Of a DNA stretch of 64,000 nt, positions 11,225 to 23,254 are shown one piece after another. The number at the start of each line of letters is the position of its first letter. Within the stretch, counting starts at the first letter, position 1. The notes below the pieces were generated by a model. It searched no databases. It was given only the letters and a program-made list of their open reading frames with translations, and was not told the DNA's origin. Location: NCBI GenBank assembly GCA_031428675.1, contig JANOYC010000052.1, forward strand, positions 7,690-71,689. The letters run 5' to 3'. The position numbers and the translations under genes were made by a program. The DNA is from Microbacteriaceae bacterium (GTDB taxonomy: Bacteria; Actinomycetota; Actinomycetes; Actinomycetales; Microbacteriaceae).

Positions 11225-12150
11225 TCGGCCACCGTACCGGCGCCAGGGGGTCGGCCCCGCCACCAGTCGCCGCTGGACATGGCGCTGCGACCGGCAGGAT
11301 GCACACGCAGGATCTCCACGGGATCGGTGGAGGTGCCGACAATGAAGCCGCGCCCATGTTGCGCAACATGACCGGGCAGAAGCGCTGGAGTGTCGCGGGC
11401 GATGATCGCTTCGAGAATTTTGAGGCGCACCCCGTCAATGATCATGAACGCCCCGGGTTCTGGAGTGGTGCCACGAATACGGGAGTGCACGCGCTCCGCG
11501 CTTAAGCCCCAGTCGATCCGACCGTCGTCGAGGGTGAGTTTTGGCGCGAGTGTCACTTCTCCGCGTTGTGGTTCTGCTCTCGCCGTGCCGTCGGCGAGAG
11601 AATCGACGACCCGGGCGAGCAGGTCAGCGCCGGAATGGGCGAGAGACTCGAGGAGGTGACCGGCTGACTGGTGGCGTCCGATCGATTGTGTCGACTGGCC
11701 AAACCAGTCGCCCGCATCCAACTCGGGCACGAGCTGGAACACGGTCGTACCGGTGGTCTCGTCGCCGGCCATCACTGCACGCTGCACGGGCGCCGCTCCT
11801 CGCCACCGTGGCAGCAGCGAGAAGTGCAGGTTGATCCAGCCCATCGCCGGGGTGGACAGCAGCGGTTCGCGCACGAGCCCGCCGTACGCGACGATCACAC
11901 CCAGGTCGACATCAAGCTGCCGGACCGCCTCGGAAACTTCGTCATCCAAACGATTCGCCTTGAGCACGGGGACACGGTGCTTCTCTGCGGCGGCGGCGAC
12001 AGGAGTGGCAGTCAACACCCGCTTTCGACCGAGCGCGGCATCGCGTCGGGTGATGACGCATGCGACTTCGTGTTGGGAAGCCGCGAGCCGATCCAGACTG
12101 GGTACCGCCGCGGCCGGGCTGCCGGCGAAGACGAGTCTGAGTGCGGCCAT
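11221..12150 (-). CDS. fmt: methionyl-tRNA formyltransferase
   Basis: 309 aa with LRLVFAGSP and INLHFSLLPRWRGAAPVQRA. Confidence 0.95.
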   Translation of the reverse strand: MAALRLVFAGSPAAAVPSLDRLAASQHEVACVITRRDAALGRKRVLTATPVAAAAEKHRVPVLKANRLDDEVSEAVRQLDVDLGVIVAYGGLVREPLLSTPAMGWINLHFSLLPRWRGAAPVQRAVMAGDETTGTTVFQLVPELDAGDWFGQSTQSIGRHQSAGHLLESLAHSGADLLARVVDSLADGTARAEPQRGEVTLAPKLTLDDGRIDWGLSAERVHSRIRGTTPEPGAFMIIDGVRLKILEAIIARDTPALLPGHVAQHGRGFIVGTSTDPVEILRVHPAGRSAMSSGDWWRGRPPGAGTVAE

Positions 12151-12200
12151 CCGACAATTCTCCCCCAGAGATCAGGGCCGGTCGACCGCTCGGCCGATGA

Positions 12201-14228
12201 TCAGGAGTCGAACGGCTCGACATCGTCGAAGCGCGCACGAAGGGTGGAGCCCCGCACTGGCGTTCCTCGTGGCCCGCGGCGACGGCTCGCGGCGACGCGA
12301 ACGATTTCTGCCCTCAGGGTGGCGGCCACATCTGCACCGCGCGCGTAGTCGAAGCGGACGATCGTGCGCACGGTGCCGTCGCCCGCTTCCACCGGCCCGA
12401 GAACATCGGTCGAAGGCACGTTTGCGGCCGCGACAGCTGCGCTCACTTCATCGGCAGTTCCGGTCAGAGTCGCGACGCGGACCACCGGAGGGAAACGCAG
12501 AGCGCGACGGTCGACAAGTTCGCGGTGAATGAATTCCGCCTGGCGCCACGTCGACAGCGCTCGCGCGATCTCACCCCCGACGCCCACGAGCACGACCGGT
12601 TTCCTCGGAGCGACCAGGGCGGCCGCGTTTGACCACCAGCGCAGACAGTCCTCGGCCACTCGGAGGCTTTCGCGCGCGAGCATGCGCTCGCCATCGAGAA
12701 GCAGCGCGGCGCGGTACCCGCCGGTCGCGATGGGTTCGGCGCCTCGGGTGGCGATCACGAGCGCAGGTCGCGCGTCTACCTGGGTCACGATGTGATCGCC
12801 GTCGGAGACGATGATTCGTACGCCGGGGAACGCACGCCCGAGCTCATCGGCCGTGCGCGCTGAGCCGGAACCGACCGCACGGATGGTCTTCACGCCGCAA
12901 TGCGTACAACTCCAGTTGACGGCGATCGAGCCGCACCATCGACACGCCGGCGCGGAGCGCACTGTGGCGGTGCCGAGGGGGCCTTCGCACGCACGGCACC
13001 GGGCGGTTTCGCCGCAACCAGCGCACGCCAGTCGTGGTGCGTAGCCGGGTCGCGCGACCTGCACAAGCACGGGGCCGCTGTCGAGCGCCTCCCGTGCTGT
13101 GGCCCACGCCGCTGTCGGGATGCGAGCCCGACCGGATTGCGCGTCGTCGTTCGCTTGCAGCGCGGTCGCGATGACGCGCGGGTTCACAGCGGGGGTCGGC
13201 GCAACGGGAGTGAGCCAGCCGACTTCCACCAGTCTCTCGACCTCGGCACTGCGCGCATGGGAGAAGAAAAGTAGCGCACAACCGCACAGTTCCTGACGAA
13301 GCAGCGCTGCATCCCTCGTGTGCACGTAGGGTGCTAGCGGCTCGACATGGAGCGGGTCGCCGTCATCCCACACCGCGATCAGACCGAGTCGTGCGACGGG
13401 CGCGTAGACCGTCGATCGGTTGCCGATGGCGACCACGGCGGCTCCCTCGAGACACGAGAGGAACGCGTGATAACGGTCGGCGTTGCTCTGTGTCGCGTCG
13501 AGGCGCACGATGCGGTCTGGCGGCAGGAGTGCGGCGAGGGCCGACTGCAGCTGCTGCTGGTCGCGGTAGTCGGGCACGACAAGTATCACGCTGCGATCGG
13601 AAGCAATCGCGTGGGTCGCCGCTTGCGCCATCGTCACGGCCCACTCGCCCACCCAGGTCGCCGGTGGCACGTCAGCGCTCGACGTCGCGGTGGTTGAATC
13701 CGCGACCGAAGACACTGCGCCGGGCACGTCGGTCACTCGGGGAATCGCGTCGACGGCCAGCCGACCGCCGCGCGCTACCGCGTCTTCGACGACGCCTTCC
13801 GGATATCCGGCCACCGCGACGGGAGCAACCGGCTGCCGCGGAGATGGTTCGGAAGACTCGACCCGACCCAGCCACGCCTTCTCGACCCGCGCCTGCCGCT
13901 TGGGAACGGCAAGGCGCACGATGTCGTTCGCCGATCCGGCTGCCCGATCGGCGGCGCGGCGGGCGAGTTGGTAAACCTCGGGAGTCAGCACCTGCGCCGA
14001 CGACACGACCGACTCAAGCTCGCTGAGCGCGCCCGCGAAATCGCCTTTCTCCACAACCTCGACAATGACGCCGTCGGCTACGCGGCCCGCTGATCGTAAC
14101 GGAACCCGAACCCTCACTCCCGGCCGCGCTGCGTCTGATGCGTGCTCGGGAACCGAGTAGTCGAAGAGTCGATCGAGCTGCGGCAAGGCGGAGTCGACCA
14201 GCACCCGGGCGATGGATGCGTGGCCCAC
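12201..14228 (-). CDS. priA: primosomal protein N' (replication restart helicase)
   Basis: 675 aa beginning ARVLVDSALPQLDRLFDY, with Cys-rich zinc region CAGCGETARCRACEGPL...CRWCG...CTHCG. Walker-type motifs look degenerate, as is usual in Actinobacteria. Confidence 0.88.
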   Translation of the reverse strand: MGHASIARVLVDSALPQLDRLFDYSVPEHASDAARPGVRVRVPLRSAGRVADGVIVEVVEKGDFAGALSELESVVSSAQVLTPEVYQLARRAADRAAGSANDIVRLAVPKRQARVEKAWLGRVESSEPSPRQPVAPVAVAGYPEGVVEDAVARGGRLAVDAIPRVTDVPGAVSSVADSTTATSSADVPPATWVGEWAVTMAQAATHAIASDRSVILVVPDYRDQQQLQSALAALLPPDRIVRLDATQSNADRYHAFLSCLEGAAVVAIGNRSTVYAPVARLGLIAVWDDGDPLHVEPLAPYVHTRDAALLRQELCGCALLFFSHARSAEVERLVEVGWLTPVAPTPAVNPRVIATALQANDDAQSGRARIPTAAWATAREALDSGPVLVQVARPGYAPRLACAGCGETARCRACEGPLGTATVRSAPACRWCGSIAVNWSCTHCGVKTIRAVGSGSARTADELGRAFPGVRIIVSDGDHIVTQVDARPALVIATRGAEPIATGGYRAALLLDGERMLARESLRVAEDCLRWWSNAAALVAPRKPVVLVGVGGEIARALSTWRQAEFIHRELVDRRALRFPPVVRVATLTGTADEVSAAVAAANVPSTDVLGPVEAGDGTVRTIVRFDYARGADVAATLRAEIVRVAASRRRGPRGTPVRGSTLRARFDDVEPFDS

Positions 14229-14230
14229 GA

Positions 14231-15427
14231 CTACAGTCCGGTTGCGCTGCGAAGCTCGTCGACGCGGTCGAGCCGCTCCCAGGTGAACTCCGGGAGCTCG
14301 CGTCCGAAGTGGCCGTATGTCGCGGTCTTCGCGTAGATCGGTCGAAGCAGGTTGAGTTCACGGATGATCGCGGCCGGCCGCAGGTCGAAGACATCGCGGA
14401 TGGCCGTGATGATCTTCTCTTCGGACACGTGAGCGGTGCCGAAGGTCTCGACATACAGTCCGACAGGCGACGCTGTGCCGATGGCGTAGGCCACCTGCAC
14501 CTCGAGCCGATCGGCCAGCCCCGCGGCAACGGCATTCTTCGCCACCCATCGCATGGCGTACGCGGCGGACCGGTCGACTTTCGACGGGTCCTTTCCGCTG
14601 AATGCTCCCCCGCCGTGGCGCGCCGCGCCGCCATAGGTGTCAACGATGATCTTGCGCCCGGTGAGCCCGGCGTCGCCCTGCGGCCCGCCAATCAGGAAAA
14701 GGCCAGTCGGGTTGACGAGGATGCGCGGGTCGGCGCCGCCGAATCCGGCTTCGTCCAGCACCGGTCGGATAACGAGCTCGACTATCTCACGGCGGAGTTC
14801 ATCTGTTTGGATCGCAGGCGAGTGCTGGGTCGACAGAACGACGGTCTCGATCGTGCGGGGAATGTGGCCGTCGTAGCCGACGGTGACCTGGGTCTTGCCA
14901 TCCGGTCGCAGGTAGTCGACGACGTGGTGTTTGCGCACGTGCGCGAGCCGCTCTGAGAGTCGGTGCGCGAGGTGGATCGGCAGCGGCATGAGCGCGGGAG
15001 TCTCGGTGGTGGCGTAGCCGAACATGATGCCCTGATCGCCAGCGCCCTGACGATCGTCGACGTCGGTGCTGCTCTGTTCACGGGATTCGAACGCGTCGTC
15101 GACCCCTTGCGCGATGTCGGGCGATTGGCCGCCGATGGAAATGGAGACGCCACAGGAACGGCCGTCGAACCACACGTCAGACGACGTGTAGCCGATGTCG
15201 GTGATGCGACGACGAACGATGCCCGGAATATCGACATAGCCGCTCGTCGTGACTTCGCCGGCCACGTGCACCAGCCCCGTGGTCACCAGGGTTTCGACTG
15301 CAACGCGCGCCGCGGGGTCGACCGCGAGCAGGGCATCAAGGATGCTGTCGCTGACCTGGTCGCAGATCTTGTCGGGGTGACCCTCAGTGACAGATTCAGA
15401 CGTGAAGAGTCGCAGTGCGGAGCTCAT
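14231..15427 (-). CDS. metK: S-adenosylmethionine synthetase
   Basis: 398 aa with [24 protein letters not shown] and [16 protein letters not shown]. Confidence 0.97.
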   Translation of the reverse strand: MSSALRLFTSESVTEGHPDKICDQVSDSILDALLAVDPAARVAVETLVTTGLVHVAGEVTTSGYVDIPGIVRRRITDIGYTSSDVWFDGRSCGVSISIGGQSPDIAQGVDDAFESREQSSTDVDDRQGAGDQGIMFGYATTETPALMPLPIHLAHRLSERLAHVRKHHVVDYLRPDGKTQVTVGYDGHIPRTIETVVLSTQHSPAIQTDELRREIVELVIRPVLDEAGFGGADPRILVNPTGLFLIGGPQGDAGLTGRKIIVDTYGGAARHGGGAFSGKDPSKVDRSAAYAMRWVAKNAVAAGLADRLEVQVAYAIGTASPVGLYVETFGTAHVSEEKIITAIRDVFDLRPAAIIRELNLLRPIYAKTATYGHFGRELPEFTWERLDRVDELRSATGL

Positions 15428-15457
15428 GCGGATAGCTTTCGTTGAAGGACGGCTGGT

Positions 15458-16663
15458 TCAGGCGAGGAGGTCGAGGATGCGATCGGAAATTTCTCGTTTA
15501 CTCCCCGCGGCCTCGAACACTGTATCGCCAGCGCCGTTGATGACAGTGACCGCGTTGCCGGAAGTCCCGAAGCCATCACTCCAACCGACGGTGTTGAGGA
15601 CGAGGTAGTCGCAGCCCTTTCGGGCGATCTTCGCCCGGCCCAGTTCGAGCAATGCTCCAGGGTCTGACTCGGTCTCGGCGGCGAAACCCACGATGGTCTG
15701 TTCGGGTCGTCGGCTCGTGGAGATCTCAGCGAGGATGTCCGGGTTGCGCACGAGGGTGAGCGACAGTGCGTCGCCGTGGTCGTCCTTTTTAATCTTTCGC
15801 GGTGCGATCGATTCCGGTCGGTAGTCGGCGACGGCGGCCGCCATGATCACGGCGTCTGATTCCGACGCGATCCTCGTAACCGCAGCATGCAACTCGGCGG
15901 TCGTGGACACTCGTGTCGTAATGATCGACGCAGTCGTGGGGAGATCGACTTCGATGTTGGCAACAATGAGCTGAACCTGTGCGCCGCGCTCGGCCGCGGC
16001 TTGCGCCAGCGCCAGACCCTGTCGGCCAGTTGACCGGTTGCCAATGAAACGCACCGGATCGAGAGGCTCCCGGGTTCCTCCGGCAGTGATCAGGATGCGC
16101 CTGCCCGCGAGGTCGCCGCGGCCCATCGGGGCGTCACGGTTCGAGAGAACGGCCAGTGCCTCCGAAACGATGTCCTCGGGTTCGGCCATGCGGCCGATCC
16201 CAGCATCGGAGCCGGTCAGTTGTCCGTTCGCCGGCCCGACGATGGTCACTCCTCGTTCTTGGAGCGTTGCCACGTTGGCGATCGTCGCCGCGTTCTCCCA
16301 CATTTCCGAGTGCATCGCCGGGGCGATCACAAGCGGGGCGCGGCTGGCGAGAACGGTGTTGCCGAGCAGGTCATCCGCTTGCCCGGTGGCGAGCTTCGCG
16401 ATGGTGTTCGCGGTCGCCGGGGCGATCACGATGAGGTCGGCGGCTTGGCCGATCGCCACATGGCGAACTTCGGCGACCCCCTCATAGAGGTCGGTGTGCA
16501 CGGGGTTGCGGCTGATGGCCTCGAGAGTCGGGCGACCTACGAACCGCAGTGCGGCATCCGTAGCCACTACCTGCACGTCGTGACCGGCGAGCACGAAGGC
16601 GCGAACGACGCCGACAGCCTTGTAGGCCGCGATGCCGCCCGTGATTCCGACCACGATGTTCAT
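15458..16663 (-). CDS. coaBC: bifunctional phosphopantothenoylcysteine decarboxylase / phosphopantothenate-cysteine ligase
   Basis: Begins MNIVVGITGGIAAYKA (flavoprotein domain) with a C-terminal DFP ligase domain. A start at 16717 is also possible. Confidence 0.92.
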   Translation of the reverse strand: MNIVVGITGGIAAYKAVGVVRAFVLAGHDVQVVATDAALRFVGRPTLEAISRNPVHTDLYEGVAEVRHVAIGQAADLIVIAPATANTIAKLATGQADDLLGNTVLASRAPLVIAPAMHSEMWENAATIANVATLQERGVTIVGPANGQLTGSDAGIGRMAEPEDIVSEALAVLSNRDAPMGRGDLAGRRILITAGGTREPLDPVRFIGNRSTGRQGLALAQAAAERGAQVQLIVANIEVDLPTTASIITTRVSTTAELHAAVTRIASESDAVIMAAAVADYRPESIAPRKIKKDDHGDALSLTLVRNPDILAEISTSRRPEQTIVGFAAETESDPGALLELGRAKIARKGCDYLVLNTVGWSDGFGTSGNAVTVINGAGDTVFEAAGSKREISDRILDLLA

Positions 16664-16747
16664 CGAGTCGCCCACTTTCGTCTCGTATTCGCCGATATTC
16701 GCGACGTTTGTGGGCAACTCGGGGAAGGGGTGGGGAGCCGCGAGTCG

Positions 16748-17005
16748 CTAGTCCTGGTGCGAGGTGATGCGCAGCTTGTCGTCGTTGATCTCGCGGAGCG
16801 CAACGGAGAGCGGCTTGTCGTCAATCGTCGAGTCGACGAGCGGACCGACGTTGTCGAAGAGGCTGCCTTCGTGAAGATCGGCGTAATAGTCATTGATCTG
16901 GCGCGCGCGCTTCGACGCGAAGATGACGAGCCCGTACTTCGAGTCGATGCGCGTGAGGAGCTCGTCGATGGGCGGGTCAATGATGCCGGTCTGCTTGTCA
17001 GCCAC
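16748..17005 (-). CDS. rpoZ: DNA-directed RNA polymerase subunit omega
   Basis: 85 aa, [26 protein letters not shown]. Confidence 0.93.
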   Translation of the reverse strand: MADKQTGIIDPPIDELLTRIDSKYGLVIFASKRARQINDYYADLHEGSLFDNVGPLVDSTIDDKPLSVALREINDDKLRITSHQD

Positions 17006-17059
17006 GAGAGGCTCTCCTTATTGGTTGAGCGCGAGGTAGATCGATGCGCGCGTGCGAAG

Positions 17060-17977
17060 TTAGCGGGCCTGCGCCTGGAACTGGGCGTGGGCAGAAGTCA
17101 ATTCTACGACCTCACGGGCCGCTTGGCTGACGTCGTGATTGATGACCTTCACATCGAACTCGTCCTGAGCGGCCAATTCGACGCGTGCTGTGGCCAATCG
17201 ACGGCTCTGTTCTTCCGACGATTCGGTGCCGCGGCCGATGAGGCGACGAACCAGTTCCTCCCACGTGGGAGGCAGAAGGAACACCAGAATGGCGTCGGGC
17301 ATGGCGGCGCGCACCTGGCGTGCGCCCTGCAGGTCAATCTCGAGCATCACCCGACGTCCAGCCGCGATGGCGTCATCGATCGGCGGGCGGGGGGTGCCGT
17401 AGCGATACGAGTTGTGCACGACGGCCCACTCGAGAAGCTCGTTTTCGTCGATCATCCTGTCGAACTCGGCGTCGGACACGAAGTGGTAGTGCACACCATC
17501 GACCTCTCCCGGCCGTGGTTGCCGGGTGGTCGCGGAGACACTCAGGAAGACATCGGGGTAGGTGTCGCGGATGAATGCCGAGACCGTGCCCTTGCCTACG
17601 GCCGTCGGACCAGCGAGAACCACCAGTTTTGTGGGTTCTGGCGCGACTTTCTGGCGCTCGGCGAGGTACTCCGCAAGTTTTGTGCGTTGGCGCGCTCCGA
17701 GACCACCGACACGCTTCGACGCGGCGATCGCCAGTTTCTCCATCACCCGGTCTGCACGCGTCGGCCCGAGGGTGGGGACGCTCGTGAGCAATTCGCGCAC
17801 CCTCAACGAGGCCTCGGGAGATTCGGGGTGGCTCCAACCGTGGCGAACCACGTCGAGCGCGGTGCGCTCGCGGCTGGCGACGTCGTGCTTCACTGCGGCG
17901 CGGGCCCGCCGCGCGGCGATGGCCGCGTGGGCGGCAGCGACGCGATCCACGTCGGGCGGAGTCGGGCGAGGCGTCAC
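17060..17977 (-). CDS. gmk: guanylate kinase with N-terminal mIHF-like (integration host factor) domain
   Basis: One uninterrupted 305-aa frame. Residues about 1-105 resemble mycobacterial mIHF (AARRARA...LRVRELL...[14 protein letters not shown]). Residues about 115-305 are Gmk (P-loop [28 protein letters not shown]). The GTG at 17977 overlaps the pyrF stop (GTGA). ORF-track start 18493 lies inside pyrF and is rejected. Confidence 0.85.
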   Translation of the reverse strand: MTPRPTPPDVDRVAAAHAAIAARRARAAVKHDVASRERTALDVVRHGWSHPESPEASLRVRELLTSVPTLGPTRADRVMEKLAIAASKRVGGLGARQRTKLAEYLAERQKVAPEPTKLVVLAGPTAVGKGTVSAFIRDTYPDVFLSVSATTRQPRPGEVDGVHYHFVSDAEFDRMIDENELLEWAVVHNSYRYGTPRPPIDDAIAAGRRVMLEIDLQGARQVRAAMPDAILVFLLPPTWEELVRRLIGRGTESSEEQSRRLATARVELAAQDEFDVKVINHDVSQAAREVVELTSAHAQFQAQAR

Positions 17978-18825
17978 GATCGGTGTGCCCTTTCGATGTC
18001 GTCTACGTGCGAACGGATGGCGTCGCGCATGCCATCGGGGCCGGCGGCAAGAATACTGCGTGAGGCACTCACGATCGTGCCCTCGGCCGCTCGACCATAG
18101 ACGCGGGAGAGCTCCGAGATCGCGGCACCCTGGTGGCCGAAGCCTGGAGCGAGAATCGGTGTGCCGACGAGATCGTCGGTAGAGATACCGAACTCCTCGA
18201 GATCGATCGTGGCGCCGAGCACGACCCCGATAGAGCCGAGGTGCTCGGCTTGCGCATTCCAGGTCATCACTTCGTCGACGATACCGGCGGCGACCGACCG
18301 ACCCGCCCATTTTCCCGTCGTCATCACGGCGCGTTGCACTGCCGCCGCTTCGGGATTCGAGGTCGCGCCCAGCACGAAGAGTCCCTTTCCGTTTGCCAGG
18401 GCCAGTCGAATGGGCGCTTCGATCGACCCGACGCCCTGGAAGGCGCTGATGGTCATGCAATCCGCCTCCAATGGGCTGCCGGGCGTGAGCCACGCCTCGC
18501 CGTATGCCTCGACGCTCGTGCCGACGTCGCCGCGCTTCACGTCGGCAATGATCGACAACTCGGCCGCCCTCGCCTCCTGCATGACCCTCTCGAGAGCTGC
18601 GAATCCGGCCGACCCGTGGCGCTCGAAGAACGCGACCTGCGGCTTCACGATCCCGGCCGTGCCGTGTGTTGCGTCCACGATACGGAGGCCGAACTCCCTC
18701 AACCCGCTCGCATCATCGGGCAGGCCCCAGCGTTCGAGCAAGTACCGGTGGGGGTCGATCCCCACGCACAAGCGACCGACCTCACTGAAGGTGGAGCGAA
18801 GCCGGTCCCCGAACGTTGCCGTCAC
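17974..18825 (-). CDS. pyrF: orotidine 5'-phosphate decarboxylase (type 2)
   Basis: 283 aa with LCVGIDPH and [14 protein letters not shown] overlap with the carB stop. Confidence 0.93.
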   Translation of the reverse strand: MTATFGDRLRSTFSEVGRLCVGIDPHRYLLERWGLPDDASGLREFGLRIVDATHGTAGIVKPQVAFFERHGSAGFAALERVMQEARAAELSIIADVKRGDVGTSVEAYGEAWLTPGSPLEADCMTISAFQGVGSIEAPIRLALANGKGLFVLGATSNPEAAAVQRAVMTTGKWAGRSVAAGIVDEVMTWNAQAEHLGSIGVVLGATIDLEEFGISTDDLVGTPILAPGFGHQGAAISELSRVYGRAAEGTIVSASRSILAAGPDGMRDAIRSHVDDIERAHRS

Positions 18826-21800
18826 TGGGCGGCCCGGTCGAGGGCGTAGTCCTGCAAGCTACGCACATGGATGGCGTCACTGGTCACTTCGAGAGAAGCG
18901 ACCGCGGCTGCGAGTTGCGCGATCGTCGTGAACAGCGGCTTGTCGGCAGCAACCGTCGCGGCGCGAATCTCATAGCCGTCGGCGCGAGCGGTGCGACCGC
19001 TCGGCGTGTTGATGACGACATCCACTTCGCCGGCGTTGATGAGGTCGACGATCGACGGCTCCCCAGCTTCCGATGGCTGTCCGAGGTCGTACTTGCGCAC
19101 GACGCGAGCCTGGATGCCATTGCGCGCGAGAATCTCCGCCGTGCCCTCGGTCGCAAGGATTCCGAAGCCGAGTTGCTGAAGTCGAAGCACGGGCAGGATG
19201 ATCGCCCGCTTATCGCGATCGGCGACCGATACGAACACGGCGCCGCTCGATGGCAGACCGCCGTAAGCGGCTTCCTGACTTTTCGCGAACGCGCGGGGGA
19301 AGTTGGAGTCGATTCCCATGACTTCTCCGGTGGAGCGCATCTCCGGACCGAGCACGGAGTCGACAACGTGGCCGTCTTTCGTGCGGAACCGTTTGAACGG
19401 AAGCACAGCTTCTTTGACCGACACCGGCGACGTGGACGGTACATCCGACCCATCACGCGCCGGGAGCATCCCCTGGTTGACGAGGTCGCGGATCGTCGAG
19501 CCGACCATGATCAGTGACGCAGCCTTAGCAAGCGGAATGCCGAGCGCCTTCGACACGAACGGCACCGTGCGGGAGGCACGCGGATTCGCCTCAAGCACAT
19601 AGAGGATGCCCTGGCCGATAGCGAATTGCACGTTGAGCAGTCCGCGCACGCCCACTCCCTCCGCGATCGCGAGGGTCGCGTCGCGAACGCGACCGATCAC
19701 GTCCCGACCGAGGGTGACCGGGGGCAGTGTGCAGGCGGAGTCGCCAGAGTGAACGCCCGCCTCCTCGATGTGCTCCATCACGCCGCCGATGTACAGCTCA
19801 GTGCCGTCGTAGAGTGCGTCAACGTCGATCTCTACGGCGTCGTCGAGGAAGCGGTCAACAAGCAGGGGCTTGCCCGGTTCGATAATCGCTTGGTCGGCGA
19901 CGCGATCGAAGTAGTCCACGAGCGACGGGCTGTCGTAGATGATCTCCATCCCGCGGCCCCCCAGAACGAACGACGGGCGAACGAGCACCGGGTACCCGAT
20001 CTGCTCGGCTACCTCGACGGCGCCCTCAACGTCGGTTGCGGTGCCGTTGCGAGGGGCGATCAGTCCAGCCGAATCAAGGATGCGGGAGAACTGCCCGCGT
20101 TCTTCGGCCAGATCGATCGCCTCGGGCGTTGTGCCGAGGATCGTGACGCCTGCCGCTTTGAGGCCTGCGGCGAGGCCGAGAGCGGTCTGTCCGCCGAGTT
20201 GCACGACGACACCGACGAGCTCTCCGCTCGCGCTCTCCGCGTCAATCACTTCGAGCACGTCTTCCAGCGTGAGCGGCTCAAAATAGAGCCGATCGCTCGT
20301 GTCGTAGTCGGTCGACACGGTCTCGGGGTTGCAATTGATCATGATCGTTTCGAAACCAGCGTCGTGCAGCGCGAACGATGCGTGTACACAGCTGTAGTCG
20401 AATTCGACGCCTTGGCCGATGCGATTGGGCCCCGATCCGAGAATGACGACCTTCTTGGCGCTGCTCGGGACTACTTCGGTTTCGGTGTCGTAGCTCGAGT
20501 AGTGGTACGGCGTGAGTGCCGGGAACTCCCCGGCGCAGGTGTCGACTGTCTTGAACACCGGGCGCACGTTGGCGGCCCATCGGACGCTGCGCACCGAACG
20601 CTCGTCGAGGTTCCGCAGTTGCGCGATCTGCGCGTCGCTGAAACCGTGATCCTTCGCGTGGCGCAACACGGGCGCATCGAGCACGGCCGCATCGGCTATT
20701 TCTGCTGCCACCTCGTTGATGAGCACGATCTGGTCGATGAACCACGGGTCGATACCCGTGGAGGTGAACACCTCGTCGATCGACGCGCCAGCGCGAAGCG
20801 CTTGCTGCACGGTAACGATGCGTCCATCGGTCGGCACCGCGGCGAGAGCGAGCAGCTCCGTCTTGTCGCCCGGTTCGCCGATCCAGTGAAAGCTCGAGCC
20901 ACGCTTCTCGAGCGAGCGGAGCGCTTTCTGCAGAGCCGTCGAGTAGTTGCGACCAATGGCCATCGCCTCGCCCACCGACTTCATGGTGGTGGTGAGCGTC
21001 GTGTCGGCGGCCGGGAACTTCTCGAATGCGAAGCGGGGAACCTTCACCACGACATAGTCGAGCGTCGGCTCGAACGACGCCGGGGTCACTCGCGTGATGT
21101 CGTTCGGGATCTCGTCGAGGCGGTAGCCGATTGCGAGCTTTGCGGCGATCTTTGCGATTGGGAAACCGGTGGCCTTTGAGGCAAGCGCGCTCGACCGCGA
21201 CACCCGCGGGTTCATCTCGATCACGATGACCCGACCGTCGGCGGGGTCGACAGCGAACTGGATGTTGCAGCCACCGGTGTCGACGCCGACGTCGCGGATG
21301 ATCCGGATGCCGATGTCACGAAGGTTCTGATACTCGCGGTCGGTCAGCGTGAGCGCCGGAGCGACAGTGATCGAGTCTCCGGTGTGCACGCCAACGGGGT
21401 CCACATTCTCGATCGAGCAGACGACGACCGTGTTGTCGGCCGTGTCTCGCATGAGTTCGAGCTCGTACTCCTTCCAGCCGAGTATCGACTCTTCGAGGAG
21501 CACTTCGTGAGTGGGGCTCTGGTGCAGCCCGTCAGTGACCATGCGGATCAGGTCCGCGCGTGAGTATGCGAATCCGGAGCCGAGCCCGCCCATGGTGAAC
21601 GACGGACGGATCACGAGCGGGTAACCGAGATCGTCGGCGAACTCGACGGCTTCGTCAACCGTGTGGGCAATGTGACTGCGCGCCACATCTGCGCCCGCGT
21701 CGAGAACGAGCTGCTTGAAGATCTGCCGATCCTCACCCTTATTGATGGCCTCGAAGCTCGCACCGATGAGCTCGACGTTGTATTTCTCGAGGATGCCGTT

Positions 21801-22112
21801 CTTGTGCAGATCGATTGCCGCGTTCAGCGCAGTCTGGCCGCCTAAGGTCGGCAGGATCGCATCCGGCTTCTCCTTGGCGATGATTGCCTCGATGACGCGC
21901 CAGGTGATCGGCTCGACGTAGGTTGCGTCAGCGAAGTCGGGGTCGGTCATGATCGTCGCGGGGTTGGAGTTCACGAGGATGACGCGAACCCCCTCTTCGC
22001 GCAACACCCGGCATGCTTGGGTTCCCGAATAATCGAACTCGCACGCCTGACCGATCACGATCGGTCCGGAGCCGATGACGAGCACCGAACGGATGTCTTC
22101 CCTCTTGGGCAT
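18822..22112 (-). CDS. carB: carbamoyl-phosphate synthase large subunit
   Basis: 1096 aa with two ATP-grasp halves and an MGS-like C-terminus. Confidence 0.98.
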   Translation of the reverse strand: MPKREDIRSVLVIGSGPIVIGQACEFDYSGTQACRVLREEGVRVILVNSNPATIMTDPDFADATYVEPITWRVIEAIIAKEKPDAILPTLGGQTALNAAIDLHKNGILEKYNVELIGASFEAINKGEDRQIFKQLVLDAGADVARSHIAHTVDEAVEFADDLGYPLVIRPSFTMGGLGSGFAYSRADLIRMVTDGLHQSPTHEVLLEESILGWKEYELELMRDTADNTVVVCSIENVDPVGVHTGDSITVAPALTLTDREYQNLRDIGIRIIRDVGVDTGGCNIQFAVDPADGRVIVIEMNPRVSRSSALASKATGFPIAKIAAKLAIGYRLDEIPNDITRVTPASFEPTLDYVVVKVPRFAFEKFPAADTTLTTTMKSVGEAMAIGRNYSTALQKALRSLEKRGSSFHWIGEPGDKTELLALAAVPTDGRIVTVQQALRAGASIDEVFTSTGIDPWFIDQIVLINEVAAEIADAAVLDAPVLRHAKDHGFSDAQIAQLRNLDERSVRSVRWAANVRPVFKTVDTCAGEFPALTPYHYSSYDTETEVVPSSAKKVVILGSGPNRIGQGVEFDYSCVHASFALHDAGFETIMINCNPETVSTDYDTSDRLYFEPLTLEDVLEVIDAESASGELVGVVVQLGGQTALGLAAGLKAAGVTILGTTPEAIDLAEERGQFSRILDSAGLIAPRNGTATDVEGAVEVAEQIGYPVLVRPSFVLGGRGMEIIYDSPSLVDYFDRVADQAIIEPGKPLLVDRFLDDAVEIDVDALYDGTELYIGGVMEHIEEAGVHSGDSACTLPPVTLGRDVIGRVRDATLAIAEGVGVRGLLNVQFAIGQGILYVLEANPRASRTVPFVSKALGIPLAKAASLIMVGSTIRDLVNQGMLPARDGSDVPSTSPVSVKEAVLPFKRFRTKDGHVVDSVLGPEMRSTGEVMGIDSNFPRAFAKSQEAAYGGLPSSGAVFVSVADRDKRAIILPVLRLQQLGFGILATEGTAEILARNGIQARVVRKYDLGQPSEAGEPSIVDLINAGEVDVVINTPSGRTARADGYEIRAATVAADKPLFTTIAQLAAAVASLEVTSDAIHVRSLQDYALDRAAQ

Positions 22113-23254
22113 TACTTGGAGTCCTTCTGTGTCGTGGCGAGCACCAAATCGCGAAACCGGTCAAACAGGTAGTTGCTGTCGTGAGGACCGGCCGCCGCTT
22201 CGGGGTGGTACTGCACCGAGAATGCGGGAATGTCGAGGGCGCGGAGTCCCTCGACCACATGATCGTTGAGGCTGAAGTGGCTGACTTCGACCCGACCGAA
22301 GCCCTCGGGCGAGTCAATCACGCCGTCGATAGGGGCATCGACCGCGAAGCCGTGGTTTTGGCTGGTGATCTCGACTCGCCCGGTGATCTTGTCGAGCACG
22401 GGCTGGTTGATTCCGCGGTGTCCGAACGGCAGCTTGTACGTTCCGAATCCGAGAGCCCTGCCGAGGAGTTGATTGCCGAAGCAGATGCCGAAGAACGGCA
22501 GGTCGGCGCGGAGAATTCCGCGCAGCAACTCGACGTGGGTGTCGGATGCGCCCGGATCCCCCGGGCCATTGGAATAGAACGCGGCGACCGGTTCGATCGC
22601 GAGCACCTCGTCGAGCGTGACGGTCTGCGGAAGCACGTGCACGTCGAAGCCGCGCTCGGCGAGGTAATGAACGGTTGAGGTCTTGATTCCGAGATCGAGC
22701 ACGGCGAGCGCGCCGATGCTCTCACCCTCAGCCGGAACGACATAGCTGGTCGGAGTCGACACCTCGCCCGAGAGGTTGCGGCCGAGCATTGAAGCGCTCG
22801 CACGCACGGTCTCGAGTTGCTCGTCATCGGTGAGTCCGGCATCCGGGCCGCTGAAGATACCCGCGCGCATGGAGCCCGCGTCGCGGAGTCGCCGCGTGAG
22901 TGCACGTGTGTCGATACCGCTGATTCCGACGATGCCGTCGGCGACGAGGTCAACGTCGAGACTGCGGGTGGCGCGGTGGTTCGAGACGATGCGCGATGGG
23001 TCGCGCACGACGTAGCCGGCGACCCAAATGCGCCGGGATTCCGGGTCTTCGTCGTTCATCCCGGTGTTGCCGATATGCGGGGCCGTCATCACGACGATCT
23101 GACCCGCATAGCTCGGGTCGGTGATCGTCTCCTGGTAGCCGGTCATTCCGGTCGCGAAGACAGCCTCACCGATCGTGCGGCCGAGAGCACCGTAGGCGCG
23201 GCCGACGTAGCGGGTGCCGTCTTCGAGAACGAGAACTGCGGTCGAAGTAGTCAC
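22112..23254 (-). CDS. carA: carbamoyl-phosphate synthase small (glutaminase) subunit
   Basis: 380 aa with GATase triad region [13 protein letters not shown] ... HGF. Confidence 0.97.
   Translation of the reverse strand: MTTSTAVLVLEDGTRYVGRAYGALGRTIGEAVFATGMTGYQETITDPSYAGQIVVMTAPHIGNTGMNDEDPESRRIWVAGYVVRDPSRIVSNHRATRSLDVDLVADGIVGISGIDTRALTRRLRDAGSMRAGIFSGPDAGLTDDEQLETVRASASMLGRNLSGEVSTPTSYVVPAEGESIGALAVLDLGIKTSTVHYLAERGFDVHVLPQTVTLDEVLAIEPVAAFYSNGPGDPGASDTHVELLRGILRADLPFFGICFGNQLLGRALGFGTYKLPFGHRGINQPVLDKITGRVEITSQNHGFAVDAPIDGVIDSPEGFGRVEVSHFSLNDHVVEGLRALDIPAFSVQYHPEAAAGPHDSNYLFDRFRDLVLATTQKDSK

Noticed and set aside
16220-18100. 626-aa plus-strand ORF, the longest non-annotated ORF in the window
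   Set aside because: It lies entirely antisense to coaBC, rpoZ and gmk, which have unmistakable motifs. Its Arg/Gly/Asp/Val-rich, low-complexity composition is typical of shadow ORFs in 70% GC DNA.
17978-18493. 5' extension of the gmk ORF (477-aa version in the ORF track)
   Set aside because: The extension runs inside pyrF in another frame and is Arg-rich nonsense. The GTG at 17977 overlapping the pyrF stop gives a product that begins exactly with the mIHF-like domain.
19626-21179. 517-aa plus-strand ORF
   Set aside because: It is antisense to carB (1096 aa, highly conserved) and has shadow-ORF composition with no motifs.
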